The position numbers and the translations under genes were made by a program. From positions 70,680,001 to 70,744,000 of the forward strand of contig NC_042999.1 of the NCBI RefSeq assembly GCF_006345805.1: a stretch of 64,000 nt of DNA, given 5' to 3'. The notes below the pieces were generated by a model, which was not told where the DNA came from, made no database searches, and saw nothing but the letters and a program-made list of their open reading frames with translations. The DNA comes from Octopus sinensis (Eukaryota). This document shows, piece by piece, positions 11,484-25,095 of the stretch. Position 1 is the stretch's first letter. The number at the start of each line of letters is the position of its first letter.

Positions 11484-12336
11484 ATCATTACAGTCTAAGA
11501 CATCTACTAGGAGCTGCTGCTTCCATCAACTGATGCTCATATTTTGACTTAGTTCTATGGCTGAATGCTCTTCCTGTTACCAGTGTACAGGTTAAATTTT
11601 TCATGGTACCAACCCTAGAGAAATTGAATAAAGATACATTAGGAGTCCTCTGCGTTCTTGGCTCAGTTTGTCAACCACTTTACAGGATATACTGAACACA
11701 TTCTGCAGCATCAGCACTAGAGAGATTGTCTTGCTCACTCTTCACTTCGAGGAAGAGTAAATTATCAGGAAGGGTTTGTGTCTTGTACACGGGACAATGT
11801 AATGAGTGTTTAGAGCTCAGTCATGTAAAAATCAATGTTACCATACTAGTATAAGCAGGGTAAGTTTCCAGAATTTCAGGTATTTGCATGCTACTGAAGT
11901 AATTGTTTTTGAAGGTGGATGCTCTGATATGGGCCAAAAAAGTAGAGCTTATTGTTAACTAAGAATACTGAGGCACACAGAATCTCCTACTTTGTCTCAA
12001 CCGGTGAGACTCAAAATATAAATACTATTTTTTAAACAAACAAGTACGCGTTTTTTCTGCAATGATTTGAGAAACAGTGACAAGTGGCAATTCTGTAAAT
12101 AATAACATTTATTTGCTTAAAGCTTATAAGCGATCACCATGTACTGTCTAAAGAAAATAGTCCAATATTGAGGTATATAAGCCCTCAATGGAAAAATGTG
12201 GGTTTTCTGTACATATGGGAAAACTCACCTTTTTCCGTCATGGGCTTATATACCCCAATATTAGACTATTTTCTTTAGTCAATACATGGTGACTGCTTAT
12301 AAGCTTTAACCTCAGAATATATATATGTATATATAA

Positions 12337-14947
12337 TCAGATTGAGTAAAAAGTAAGCAACGTTTTGAACCATGAAGAATTTGTACTGGATTTTTGCAGT
12401 TTTGAATTTTTTTTAAACATTTTTGTGCAACTGTCTGATAATACAGATATAGACTTGCCCAAATGCATCAATAAATTAACATTGATATTTTTTCCACTAT
12501 TGTTACAATCATCATCATCGTTTAACATCCGCTTTCCATGCTTAGCATGGGTTGGATGATTTTGACTGAGGGCTGGTGAACCAGATGGCTGTACCAGGCT
12601 CCAATCTTGATCTGGCAGAGTTTCTACAGCTGGATGCCCTTCCTAACACCAACCACTCCGAGAGTGTAGTGGGTGCTTTTTACGTACCTCTAGCATGGGT
12701 GCTAGTCAGGCGGTACTGGCAACAACCTCGCTCGAATCTTTTTACACGTGCCACTGGCACAGGTGCCAGTGAAGCGACGTTGGTAACGATCATGCTCGAA
12801 TGGTGCCCTTCTACATGCCACGGGTACGGAAGCCAGTTGGCTGCTCTGGCAACGATCACGCTCGGATTAGCACCCTACTAGCACATGCACAAATGCCAGT
12901 AAGGCGACGCTGGTAACGATCATACTCGAATGGTACCCTTTTTTGTGCCACTGGCACGGAAGTCAGTTAGCCGCTCTGTCAGCGATCACAGTTGTATGGT
13001 GCTCTTTGCACCCCGCTAGCACGGATGCCAGTCGTTGAATTTGATTTTGATTTTGATTTCACTTGCCTCAACAGGTCTTCACAAGCAGAGTTTAGTGACC
13101 AAAAAAGGAAAAGGTATGCATAAGCGGGCTGGTTACGCTCCTGGCATAGGCCACGGGTTATGGTCTCATTTGGCTTGCCGGGTCTTCTCAAGCACAGCAT
13201 ATTTCCAAAAGTCTCGGTCGCTAGTCATTTTCTTGGTGAGGCCTAATGTTCGAAGGTCGTGATTCACCACTTCATCCCAGGTCTTCCTGGGTCTACCTTT
13301 TCCACAGGTTCCCTCAACCGCTAGGGTGTGGCACTTTTTCACACAGCTATCCAATCCATTCTCACCACATGACCATACCAGCGCAGTTGTCTCTCTTGCA
13401 CACCACATCTAATGCTTCTTAGGTCCAACTTTTCTCTCAAGGTACTTAGACTCAGTCGAGTATGAACACTGACATTACACATCAATCGGAGCATACTGAC
13501 TTCATTTCTTGCGAGCTTATGCATATCCTCAGCAGTCACGGTCCATGTTTCACTGCCATGTAGCATGGCTGTTCGTACACATACGTCATACAGTCTGCCT
13601 TTTACTCTGAGCGAGAGGCCCTTTGTAACCAGCAGAGGTAAGAGCTCTCTGAACTTTGCCCAAGCTATTCTTATTCTAGGAGCTACACTTTCAGCGCACA
13701 CTCCTCCACTACTGACTTGGTCCCTAGGTAATGGAAGCTATCAACTACTTCTAGTTTTTCTCCCTGGAATGTGGCAGAAGTTGGTCTCTGCACATTTTCG
13801 GTGTTTATCGCTCCCGAGCATCTGCCACATACAAAAACTATCTACTGAAATGGAACTGTCAAAGTATGACATTCGAGCAATTTTGCTATTCAACTTCAAA
13901 AAAGGACATAAAGCAGCTGAAACTGCTTGCAATATCAACGAAACATTTGGTGAGGAAATGACCAATGAATGGTCAGCTCGAAAATGGTTTAAACGATTTT
14001 GCAGTAGAGACCTGAGCCTTGAAGATCATGAGCATAGTGACGCCCATCTGTCATCGATGACAGTCAATTAAAGACCATCACTGAGAAAGATCCATGTAAA
14101 ACCACTCAAGAACTGGCAAAAGAACTTCAAGTTAGCCAGAAAACTGCTTGCAACCATTTGCATGCAACTGGAATATCAAAAAAGCTCGACAAATGGTTAC
14201 CACATGATTTGAATGAAAATCAGAAAATGGGCAGATATGAAATTTGCTCGTCGCATCTTCTCCGTAACCAGACTAATCCATTTCTCGACTGTGTTGTAAC
14301 TTGTGATGAAAAGTGGATTCTGTACAATAATAAAAAATTTTCTTCGCAGTGGTTAAACCAAAATGAAGCAATGAAAACCTTCCCTAAAGCCGAGTTCTTC
14401 AAAATGAAGATTATGGTAACTGTTTGGTGTACTGCTGGACTCATCCACTATAACTTCTTAAAACCTGGGAAACCATTACTGCAGAAACATATTGCCATGA
14501 AATTACCAAAATGAATGAAAAACTGCTACTCCTCTGTTCCAGACTGGTCAACAGAAGAGGGCTAATCATTCTTCATGATAATGCTCAACTACACGTTTCA
14601 CTAATGACACTCCAGAAGTTGAGGGAACTTGAGTACAAAGTTCTTCCCCACTCAGCTTATTCCCCAGACCTTTCTCCTACCAACTACCACATTTTCAAGC
14701 ACCTTGATGGTTTTCTGCGAGAGAGGGAGTTCAAAAATCAAACAGATGCTGAAAGTACATTCAAAGAGTTCATCAGTTCCAGAACTCCAGATTTTTATGT
14801 TACCGGAATAAACAAACTTGTAACTTGTTGGTAAAAATGTATTGATTGTAATGGAACTTACTTTGATGACTAAAATTCCCACATTGTTGAAATATATTGT
14901 GATGAACTTCATGTTTCAAAACATTGCTTACTTTTTACTCAGCCTAA
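12337..14947 (+). mobile_element. Mariner (DD34D) transposon, inactivated, with nested RTE
   Basis: TIRs TCAGATTGAGTAAAAAGTAAGCAACGTTTTG / CAAAACATTGCTTACTTTTTACTCAGCCTAA followed by TA. Transposase starts at ATG 13850 (MELSKYDIRAILLFNFKKGHKAAETACNINETFG) and has the motifs KWLPHDL, VTCDEKW, LHDNA and YSPDLSPTNYHIF, broken by frameshifts. Confidence 0.92.
12508..13843 (-). mobile_element. 5'-truncated RTE LINE inserted in the mariner 5' UTR
   Basis: CAESVAPRIRIAWAKFRELLPLLVTKGLSLRVKGRLYDVCVRTAMLHGSETW matches the 51.7-52.1 kb RT thumb region; 3' UTR and (GAT)n tail at 12508. Confidence 0.92.
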
Positions 14948-14966
14948 TATATATATACATTTATAT

Positions 14967-15024
<58 letters not shown>

Positions 15025-15074
15025 AAAACACACACACACACACACATACACATAAGCAAAAAGTACATATTTAC

Positions 15075-15186
15075 CACAATAATCAACTAAGGATGTATTC
15101 TTCAGTAAAGTTGCTAGTTCTTCACTGAGAGAAGATTTGTTCCGTGTGTCTGATGCATTCATTTCAACAAGTGAAAAACCAGCTTC
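15075..15186 (-). CDS. RFC1: RFC1 coding exon 13 of 19
   Basis: tag|GAA...G|gtaaat; EAGFSLVEMNASDTRNKSSLSEELATLLKNTSLVDYC (ExNASDxR motif); phase 0 to 1. Confidence 0.96.
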
Positions 15187-16068
15187 CTACAAAAATTAAG
15201 TTAAAAAAAAAAAAGAAAGAAAATTAATGTCACTGATTTGATAGGCATCAGAGTTAACAATATTAACAAAGAGAATTGACTTGACTTGGTGTATATGTGA
15301 AGGTTGAGTAAAGTCAAGTCTCATTTGTACTAAGATGGGTCAGGTACAGGCATGGCTTCAAAGCACATGGTTTCAGGATCAGTCCCACTGTGTAACACCT
15401 TGAGAAGGTGCATTCTACTATAGCACTGGGCTGACCAAAGCCATGCAAGCAGATTTTGGGAGAGAGAAACTGAAAGCAGACTGCCATAAGTGTGTGCGTG
15501 TGTGTATGTATTTGTTTACAAATATATTACATGTGTATCTGTATTTGTTTACACCTGCATTCACTTGTACAATAGTTACAACAGGCGGTGGTGATGTTAT
15601 CAGTTCTCTTGTCAACAAATCACCTGGTCATTTTGTGCTTTCTAAACCATAAGAAATCCCTTGCAAACATAGAAAAACAAACATAAAAGAAATGACTGAA
15701 TGAGGACACATTGAAAAATCCAGGATTAACATAACAATCAAAATAGTGGCGATGAATATTTAGTAATACTGTTTAGACCCAGGTCAGCTTTCATTGAACA
15801 GATGTATGATGAAAGAAGTTGCAGTCATAATAATCCAAATATTTTTTTAAGACAGTAGAGAGAGATTCAAGGAAGATAAGACATTTCTAGCAGCTCTAGA
15901 GATCATATAGACTTCCATAGTGATAATATTTGTGATGATACTAACGGCAACAAAATAATAAAATTTTCTTATCATCCACAAAACAGGTCTTCTACATTAC
16001 AAAAATGGAACTTACTGAATAGAATTTTTAAAAATAAAGCAGAAAGAAAAAAATATTTATTTTTTTAC

Positions 16069-16172
16069 CTTACAGACAACATGAGCAGTTGTTGTCTTGC
16101 CAATGCCAGGTGGACCAGAGAGAAGGGCTGCCTTTGAACCTGCACCATTATCATTTCCACGATAGAATCGAT
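16069..16172 (-). CDS. RFC1: RFC1 coding exon 12 of 19 (Walker A)
   Basis: tag|AT...AAG|gtaaaa; (N)RFYRGNDNGAGSKAALLSGPPGIGKTTTAHVVCK; phase 1 to 0. Confidence 0.97.
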
Positions 16173-17819
16173 CTAAACAAACATAAATTATATAAGTGAC
16201 AAGGAACATAGAATTGCTAAAAGAAAAACAATGATGAAATGTGTGTATACATTTTAGAATGTAATATAGATTCTCTTGAACTAGTGATTCTGAGATTATG
16301 GTACTGAAATACTCATATGGTAAATAGCTCAAACATGGTCACAATAACTGCCTAAAGGTCAGTGAGCTACTTTGTCATGGTTGCAGTAATTGCCCTAAGA
16401 AGTTTCATAGAGGAGACAAGAACTGGGATGTGAGGCAATATGAGATTTTCAAAAAGACCCATCCTTCTCAATGAAAAACTGAGTTACAGGGTGTGCTATG
16501 TATATAGTGCTCTCCACCCATACATTACAGTGATTCACTTCCCCCCACCCACTGAACCAAGTTATCTTCCATTATGCACGACACTGCCAACCTACCTATC
16601 CCACCCCACTCCTGCAGACTACCCAACCATGCCATCTTTCTCTCTAGTCCTTCCCCTGTCAACTCTATCATCATTACTATCCTGCTGTTCTCTTCTGTAT
16701 TCCTCTATCTTCAACTTACGGCTCACTGATCATCCGCCTGTCAACCCAACCCAATTATTACAGTTGCCATCTGTCTCCCCATGCAATCTAGCAAACCACC
16801 CACCCACTTCTACTCACCTTGTACCTTTAAGGGCCATCTGGGCATCTCATTGCCACTATTTCTTTGCAGTTCCTTCTCATCATCTCTACCTCTCCTACTA
16901 AATATGAGTAACCGTGTGGCTCTTCTACAAGAACCTACTCTGATCCTGAGGTTGGTAGTCTTGAAAACTATATGACAACCATAGTGGTGGTGGTGGCAAA
17001 AAAGTATCCAGGGCACAGTAAAGTAGTTGGTATTAGGAAGGGCATCCAGCTGTAGAAACAACACTAAGCAGACACTGGAGCATATACAGTCCTTGGAGCC
17101 ACCAAATCCTGTTAAACCATCCAACTCATACCAGCATAAAACACTGACGTTAACTGATCATGATGGTGTGTGTGTGTGCGCACGCACATGCATGCACACA
17201 TACAAACATCTTCTACCTCATTTCTATCTAGCAAATTCTACTCTTAAAGTATGAACCAATGATGTAGCTATGATAGAAGATACACTGCCAAGAAACAGTA
17301 TGATGGAATCAAACAGAAAGACAAAGTAGCAAAGCAAATTTCTAGACCATAGAGCTACACCGGCACTTAATATGCAGGTATTTCCTTACCAGAAAGCTAT
17401 AGGATTTAACACTGGTATAAAGCCACTAATTTGCAGAGGTGTGCTATAATTGACTGAGTCAATTACAAGTACATGACAAATCATGGTAATTTCATCACCA
17501 TCATCATTTAATATTCATTGTCCATGCTGGCATGGCATGGGTTGGACAGTTTAACCAGAGCTGGCAAACTGGGGAGCTGCACGAGACACCAGTCTGATTT
17601 GAAGTGGTTCCTACAACTGGATGCCCTTCCTAACACCAATTTCTTTTTATTAACTCCAGAAGGGTAAAAGGCAAAGCCAATCCTGGCAGGATTTAAATAT
17701 CACAAAATGTTATGAGCCTAATATTTCCACATGGGCAACAATTTTGGAAAGGATGGATACAGATCACTGAAATGATTACTGCAAGACAGGTACTTATTTT
17801 AAAGAACTCACAAAAACAA

Positions 17820-18035
17820 AAGCACAGCCTGCCAGTACCACCTGACTGGCCCTCGTGCCGGAGGCACGTAAAAGCACCCACTACACTCTTGGAGTGGTTG
17901 GCAATAGGAAGGGCATCCAGCTGTAGAAACTCTGCCAGATCAGATTGGAGTCTGGTGCAGCCATCTGGTTTGCTAGACCTGTCAAATCGTCCAACCCATG
18001 CTAGCATGGAAAGCAGACGTTAAACGATGATGATG
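17820..18035 (+). mobile_element. RTE 3' UTR fragment
   Basis: GGCACGTAAAAGCACCCACTACAC...CCAACCCATGCTAGCATGGAAAGCAGACGTTAAAC(GAT)n. Similar short, more decayed copies lie near 4745, 5003, 16990, 17500, 18905, 19200, 29350, 33330, 37640, 49560 and 50020. Confidence 0.75.
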
Positions 18036-18369
18036 AAGTCAAGTGGAGTTTCAACACAGAACACAGAATTATGAAACTAAATATTGTACGGTATTTAGAC
18101 AGACACTCTAACATTTCTGGTGGTCACTTGAACCTGCTAGAAGCAGCAACCCAAAATTATCTAATTCATACCTCATCATCTTGAATGGTAAATGCTACAC
18201 TGAACAATGTAGACTCTGATATACAAAAAAAATTGAAAAGAAAAACAAGAAAAAACGGAATGGTCATGACTGGAACAACTTCGTTCATAGGTCCACTTGA
18301 TTAGATGACATACAAATATATACAAACACTGAACAAGGATTATCTTAGAATTCAAACTGAATACATTAC

Positions 18370-18676
18370 TTGGTTGAGGTTTGATTCCTGCCGCACGGTT
18401 TGCATGCCAGTTACTGATCCAATTGAAAAGTTTCTTTGCATTGCTTTTGTCACCATTTTGACCAATTATCTGTTTTAACGTGCTAGGTTTGTACTTGTCC
18501 ACCCAAAGGAGTGATGTATCTGAAGGAGTTTTGGGAATATTTGTTGTGTCTGGCTTTGTTTCTTTGGCAGAATCTGAGGTAGAAGGCACACAACTGGCTT
18601 TTAATGGGCTTTTAACATTACGTTTCACACCACTAACATTACTTTCTTTTTCGTTTTTCTTTGCTTCCAAGTTTTC
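18370..18676 (-). CDS. RFC1: RFC1 coding exon 11 of 19
   Basis: tag|GAA...A|gtaatg; ENLEAKK...SLLWVDKYKPSTLKQIIGQNGDKSNAKKLFNWISNWHANRAAGIKPQP (RFC box II LWVDKYKP); phase 0 to 1. Confidence 0.97.
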
Positions 18677-19470
18677 CTAAATAACAAATAAATGATAAAA
18701 ATAATAAGAAAAATAGATATGTAACAACAACAGATTAATAATTCTTTCTATTATAGACACAAAACCTGGAATTTTGGAGAAGGAATGTGGTCAATTATAT
18801 CAACCTCAGTGCTCAACTGGTACTTATTTTCTCAACCCTGATAGGATGAAAGGCAAAGCTAATCTCAGTAGAATTTGAACTCAGAATCTAAAAATAGATT
18901 AAATGCCATCATCATCATATAACGTCCATTGTCCATGCTGGAAGGCTGCACCAGACTCCAGTCTGATTTAGCATGGTTTTCTACTGCTGAATGCCCTTCC
19001 ACTAAGCATTTTATCCAGTGTGCTAACGATGCTGCTAGTTTGTAACCTTAATAGATGTAGAGTAATGAGGATGACAATTTCTTACATTATGCATTTGAAA
19101 AAGAAAAGTCTATTTAATTGAAATTAGTCCATTAAATATATGGTATTCAACCCCCAACACCACTATCTTTTAACATTTGTCTTTTGTGCTGGCATAAAGT
19201 GGATGGTTCAACAGAATCCAACAGGACTGCATGATGCTCCAATGTTTGCTTTGGTACAGTTTCTATGGCTGGCTGCCCTAATGTCAACCACTTTACACAG
19301 TGTACTGGGTGCATTTTTCATGGCACCAGCACTAGTGAGGTTACATGTAGTTCATAAGATTGAGACCCCCTTTGACTTTGAACTCTACTGCTCTAGGCCA
19401 TCTTCCCTATACCTTCCCAGTGTATTATAAGAGCTAGAAACAAATGATGTGTACAAGAACATGCACTAAC

Positions 19471-19764
19471 TTTTTTCACTGTTTTTTCTGCATCGATAAG
19501 GAATTTAGATTTTTTGCCTGGTTTACTGCGGATTAGATCAAGCAAACCGTCTTCATCAATCTGTGGTGTTTTCAAGCTGCTTGCTTTCTGTATTTTAGTT
19601 TGACCAGGTTCTCGACCAACAATCAAATAATTTGTCTTGCGGCTCAGTGAAAGTGTTACTCTACCACCATACCGCTCAATTAAAGATTTTGCCTCATCTC
19701 TTTCAATTGAGTCTAAAACTCCAGTGATTACAAACGTTAAGCCCTCCAAACAGTTCTCAGCTCC
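19471..19764 (-). CDS. RFC1: RFC1 coding exon 10 of 19 (BRCT domain)
   Basis: cag|GGA...AAA|gttagt; GAENCLEGLTFVITGVLDSIERDEAKSLIERYGGRVT...DEDGLLDLIRSKPGKKSK, close to the recalled human RFC1 BRCT sequence; phase 0 to 0. Confidence 0.98.
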
Positions 19765-20309
19765 CTGTACAATAGAAAAAGAGAAAGAAGAAAATTCAAA
19801 ATAATTTCGATTATTTTCAATGAAAGTTGACTATTATCACATTTAATGTTTGTCTGAAAAAAATACTCCATCATCAACGTTCATGTTCCATGTGGGTATG
19901 ACTGGAGGTTTGACAGGATCCAGCAAATCACAAGGCTGTGTTGAGCTCTAATGTCAACTTTGACAAGGTTTCTACCCTTCCTAATATCAACCACTTTACA
20001 GCAATTAATTTCATCTTTCATGTTTTGTAAAAATTACATTTTTAACAGTTTTATTTATTCCTATTGGTATTGTCTAGCACTTGTGTCAGCAACAATCAAA
20101 TAGAAATATGATTGAAGTGTTCTAGATGTAACCATCTTTTTATTATAGATACAACGTGTCGTTTGTTTTGAGACAGAAGGATGTAAATTAAAGACTTCTA
20201 GCTGCTATTTCTAGCAGGTCAAATGACAACATATACATCTTGTTGTTAACTTGTTTTATCTTTGTCATTTGATGTCTAATTTATTATTTCTATGCACAAG
20301 TGCTGACAT

Positions 20310-20912
20310 GTCACTACTTCATACAAGCTTCCAATGGCACTAGGCCAGTGACTAAGACCACAAACAATTCCCTACCTTGGTCGGCACATCTATCTCCTGG
20401 AAACTGTTCAGCAATGCGCAACCAGACGAATACTTGCCATAAGGCATCTACCATACTCTGAACGTTTTGCTTCCCTGAGCATGGAGACATTAAAGCTCCA
20501 ATCTCTGACAACTGACTTGGTAGACACCTACAAGATTATCTACCATCTTTCTAAAAACCTTGGGCACATTTTTGAATTCCATGTCTAACACTCATGGACA
20601 AGCTTACAAAATCAAAAACACAACACAGAACCCATGATTTTCAGAAACATTTTTCCATGCTTAGAATTGCTGAAGCAGGGAATAAACTACCTGCATCAGT
20701 TGTCGGCTGTCAAGACACTACATCTTTCAAAACTTCCATGCTTCCTGAAATTCGTCAATAGTACACCTGACACCCTCACACGTTTTTTTTTAAAACTTTT
20801 TCACTGTTCACTTCCTGTGCATATTCTACAGTTCATGCAATTTTGGTTATTTTTTTTCTAATGAGTTGTAGTGTACCTGAGTACTGTATACAATAAGTTC
20901 ATTATATTATAT
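20310..20912 (+). mobile_element. Older 5'-truncated CR1-type LINE 3' fragment
   Basis: Diverged match to about 43850-44455 (CATGA(T/C)TT(T)CAG(A/G)AAACATTTTT...CTTCAAAACTTCCATGCTT); ends in an ATT-rich tail. Confidence 0.7.
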
Positions 20913-21442
20913 TGGATGTACTACAGGAAAAAAGAATGAAAACTGTTGGACCTTTAACAAAAAGAAGGTTTCAATTACGTAACATGACATTTAAAAGAGC
21001 CTCTTGTCAGTAACATGACCTGTTGGAAATAACAGCCAAATCTCCATAAAAATCAGAGACTAATGTCTTGAAACGAAATGAAGGGCACATTATATAAAGT
21101 AGTCTAAGATAACCCTAAAAAAACAGAATGGTCGGTCATAACTGGAAAATATATCTGCTTGATTAGTGTTGGCTTGTTAAAGGGGTTAAAGAACATCTCT
21201 AGTTTAGTCAAATATTAAATTGATTCTTCAAATAAAATCACTCATCTTAACATAGTTCCAGTCAATGCCAAATACAAAAATACAGCAGTTGCTCTCTCTC
21301 TCTCATTCTTTATTTCTCTTTGTCTTAGTCTTTCTTTGTTTCACTCTCTCTCTCTCATTCTTTATTTCTCTTTGTCTTGTCTTTTTTTGTTTCCCTCTCT
21401 CTCTCTTTTACTCTTTCTCTTTCATACAGAATTTCTGCTTAC

Positions 21443-21523
21443 CGTTGGAATTTCTTTAGATCCAAGATGCTGAGGCCCTTCTCTGTTCAGATATGACAGG
21501 TATGAGGTTTTCCTGTCTGCAGG
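21443..21523 (-). CDS. RFC1: RFC1 coding exon 9 of 19
   Basis: tag|CCT...ACG|gtaagc; PADRKTSYLSYLNREGPQHLGSKEIPT, matching the RFC1 YLNREGP.ALGSKEIP motif; phase 0 to 0. Confidence 0.95.
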
Positions 21524-23116
21524 CTACAAGTAGATATTATTTGCATAATGAATACAGTTGAAATCCTATGGTTAGATACAAATGAGTAAAATCAGTGCCT
21601 GTCACTCAGAGCATTCATAAGGATTTGTAAATTACTGTCTCTCACCACTGAAAGAATGAACATGCTTTTAGTGATCAAGCAATAGCCAAACAAAACAAGC
21701 TGAGCTGTTCTTTGGTTTGTTTGATAAAACAGATGGAATCCTGTTTTACACCAGGCTCTATTTGCCCAACAAGGCTAGATTGATGTTTATTTATCATAGG
21801 CAGAAGTGTAATCATGTGGTAAGAAGCTTACTCCCAAACCACATGGCTTCAGGTTCAGTTTCAATGCATGACACCTTGGGGAAGTGTCTTCACCAACAAA
21901 AGCCTTCTGAGTGGATTTGGTAGGCAGAAACTGGAAGAAGTCCACTGTGTGTGTGTGTGTATATATATATATATCTGTGTCTAGCTACTGCTGCCACTGC
22001 CACCGCCACTCCTTGTTTTGACATTGTGTGATAGTTGTAAATGAGTGTCACTGTCTTGCAAGCGATATCATTTACTTCCAATATTCTGTGATAACATGTC
22101 AGGCCACGCAGAAATACTACCTTATTTGGAAACAGGTGAGAGTTGGCGATAGGAAAGGCATCCTGCCACAGAAAATCTGCCTCAAATAAACACTGTCTGA
22201 CCCTTGCAAGAATGGAAAAGTGAGTTTTAAATGATGATACAAGAAAGCAGAGGTTTAATACATAAAATAGAATGTATATATGATTTACAAGTAAGCTTCA
22301 TAACTTGATGTTGTAATTCAATAAGTTTCAGCTTATGATGATAATAGTTATAATGGTTTCAAATTTTGCCACAAGGGCAGTGATTTTGGGGGAGGGGATG
22401 AATCAATTACATCGACCCCAGTGTTTCAATGGTACTTATTTTATTGATCTCGAAAGGATGAAAAGTAAAGTCAACCTCGGTGGAAGTTCAAATCAGAACG
22501 TAGCAACGGGTGAAATACTGTTAAGCATTTCAGTGTGCTCATAATTCTGCCAGGTTTCTAAGTTAGGCACAAGGCTGAAAATTTGAGTGGCAATTAGATG
22601 ATACTATTGACCCCAGTACTTGACTGGTACTTTATTTTATTGACCCCAAAAGAATGAAAAGCAAAGTGGAAGTCAACAGGATTTGAACTTAGAACATAAT
22701 GAGCCACAAAGTATTTTTTTCTAATGTTCTAATGATTCTGCTTGTTTACATAGAAAATACATCATGGTTTCTTTTTTTTTTTAATCAATATGTATATTCT
22801 GTACATCCTTTTCCTAGACATGGACATGTTTCTATTAGAAATGTGTAAATAAAATTATATATTTTATACACTTCACCCTTATCACTAAGTGAAAGAGCAA
22901 CCAGTGTGAGACTGCAACTGGATTTTATACATGTTGGCCTTGCCATTAGTTTTAAAAGCACTGGAATTTACCAAGACCAACTGAAAATTCAAGAAAGCTC
23001 AAATATCATTGCTCTATGTGTAAAATATAAACATTCGAAAGTGCTCAGTTTTCAGAATCAAATATTAAAAATACAATTCACAAATGCGAGCAGGAAGAAG
23101 AAGATCAAAGTCTTAC

Positions 23117-23167
23117 ATTTGGTGTGGGTGTTTCTGGAATGTTAACTTTAGGTTTTTGACTGGGAGT
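23117..23167 (-). CDS. RFC1: RFC1 coding exon 8 of 19 (51-bp mini-exon)
   Basis: ttatcttctttcag|ACT...AAT|gtaaga; TPSQKPKVNIPETPTPN; frame-preserving, with the same TP-rich style as its neighbours. Supported by splice signals rather than homology. Confidence 0.7.
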
Positions 23168-23361
23168 CTGAAAGAAGATAACAACATACTTTAGTACAAT
23201 GCAAAGCAACAATATTCTGTAGGATGTTATCATTGAATTACACAAGAAAAATAAAAAACTTAATAGTGCAGATGTTGAAGTTAACAGGATGACAGAAAAA
23301 TCAACAGAAAAGCCAGCAGTTCACATTCTGTCATTATCATTCCATTTTATCCATGACTTCA

Positions 23362-23577
23362 CCCTTTAACATTCAGGTTACCCTGTGAAATATAATACTT
23401 ATTTGTTGACTATGTTTTGAATTAATTATGCATTATTTCATAGTTTCAGGATTTTGATGAAGTGATTGTTTATTTTTACAATGGCATTATAGGGTGTGAG
23501 AGGCCAGGTCTGGTTAGTTTGAGCATAAAACAGGTGGAACATTTTGGCCAGATAGGGCCAGTTTAAATGCTAAAAGG
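23362..23577. mobile_element. piggyBac-type MITE (decayed)
   Basis: CCCTTTAACATT...AATGCTAAAAGG followed by TTAA. Confidence 0.65.
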
Positions 23578-25009
23578 TTAAATTACTTAATTCTCACTGA
23601 CTCAATCTCTAAACCAGTGATTTACAAAGTGTGAGCAGCAAATGGTATTTAGGTGTACCATGGATTTTTCAAAAATATAATTTAAGGATTTAAAAAATTC
23701 ATTCTTAGCATCTTGAGAAAGGTTTTTTTTGTTTTTGACATATTTTGTTATTTTCTTTTAACTTTTAATCAGGAGGAAAGACAGTAAACTTTCACAGGGT
23801 CTTCAAGACTAGATAGGAAGGTATCCTCAACTGGAGACATGTCAATGAAGTCAACTCCACTAAAGGCACCCAAGCTACAAAATGGTAGTATTAAACTGGA
23901 TGATGGATTTTGATTAAATCTGCCATCCAAGCAAGTCATGGGAGGATTTGAACTCAGAATGTAAAGACCTGGAAGACAAATACAAGGCATTCTAACAATC
24001 AGCACTCTAACGACTCTGCCAGTTAGCTGCTATATTCATTAACTTTGTTGTGATTAAAACAAAGCAAGGTAAGTAATAATTTTTTCGTAATTTTAAAGAA
24101 TTTTTTAATGTTAAAACAGTTTTTAAAAGTTTTAGCAGACATGGAAGAGTCTATTAAAATATGGAGAGGGCCAGGGTAAGAAATCTACAGGATAACAATA
24201 TTGTGTGATAGCAGAACTTTAGCTCATGAAGTGCCCTGTGAGAGCATCTCTTGAGTAAAAGCCAAAGAGGAGTCTAGGTGAGGCAGATCTCTCATGACTT
24301 GGTTGAAGATTGTAAAAGAGAGCCTGGCAGATATGGCTGAGCACTGAGAGCAGGCTCACGACATGGTCTGCAGCTATGCTGGGAGATTTCTCATTGCCCA
24401 GTGCACCATGGGAAACTAAGACTAAGAATAATTTGCTATTTCAAAATACACAGATTGAACCAGTAAGATACCTTGTCATAATACACAAAGCTGCAGAAAC
24501 CAAATACCTGTTTCATTTCTTATACTTGTTTCATTTGTAGGAGTGCAGCCATGCTAGGGCACTACTTGAAGGACTTAATAAAATAAATCAACCCCAGCAC
24601 TTCTTTTTCTCAGTCCAGGATTTATGCTACAAGCCATTATTTTTTTTTTTTTTGCTGAACTGCCAAGTTATGGTCATATAAACAAACACAGGTTGGTCAA
24701 GCAGTGTGGTGGGAAACAAATACTAAAACACACACACACATGTACACATGACAGGCTTCTTTCAGTTTCTACCTCCCAAATTCACTCACAAGGAATTGGT
24801 TGGCTTGGGGCTATAGTAGAAGGCACCTGCCCAAGGTGCCACACAGTAGAACTGAACCTAAAATCACATTGTTGCAGAGTGAGCTTCTTAAACTACCCAG
24901 CCATGCATACACCTTATGAAATATACAAGAATTTTGTGACAGGATGAATGTGTTTCAACTTGTTTAGAAAGTAGAATATTTCAAAATTATCTAATACTGT
25001 GGTTATTAC

Positions 25010-25095
25010 TTTGGTTGGTGTTTTTGGTGAGGCTCTGACTGGTTCTTCTTTCTTTTCTTTCATTTTGGCAGCCAATTTACTAGTAAGACTGTTGC
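25010..25095 (-). CDS. RFC1: RFC1 coding exon 7 of 19
   Basis: cag|GC...AAA|gtaata; (G)NSLTSKLAAKMKEKKEEPVRASPKTPTK (compare human SSKLAIMKRKEE); phase 1 to 0. An alternative in-frame donor would end the exon at 24998. Confidence 0.8.
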
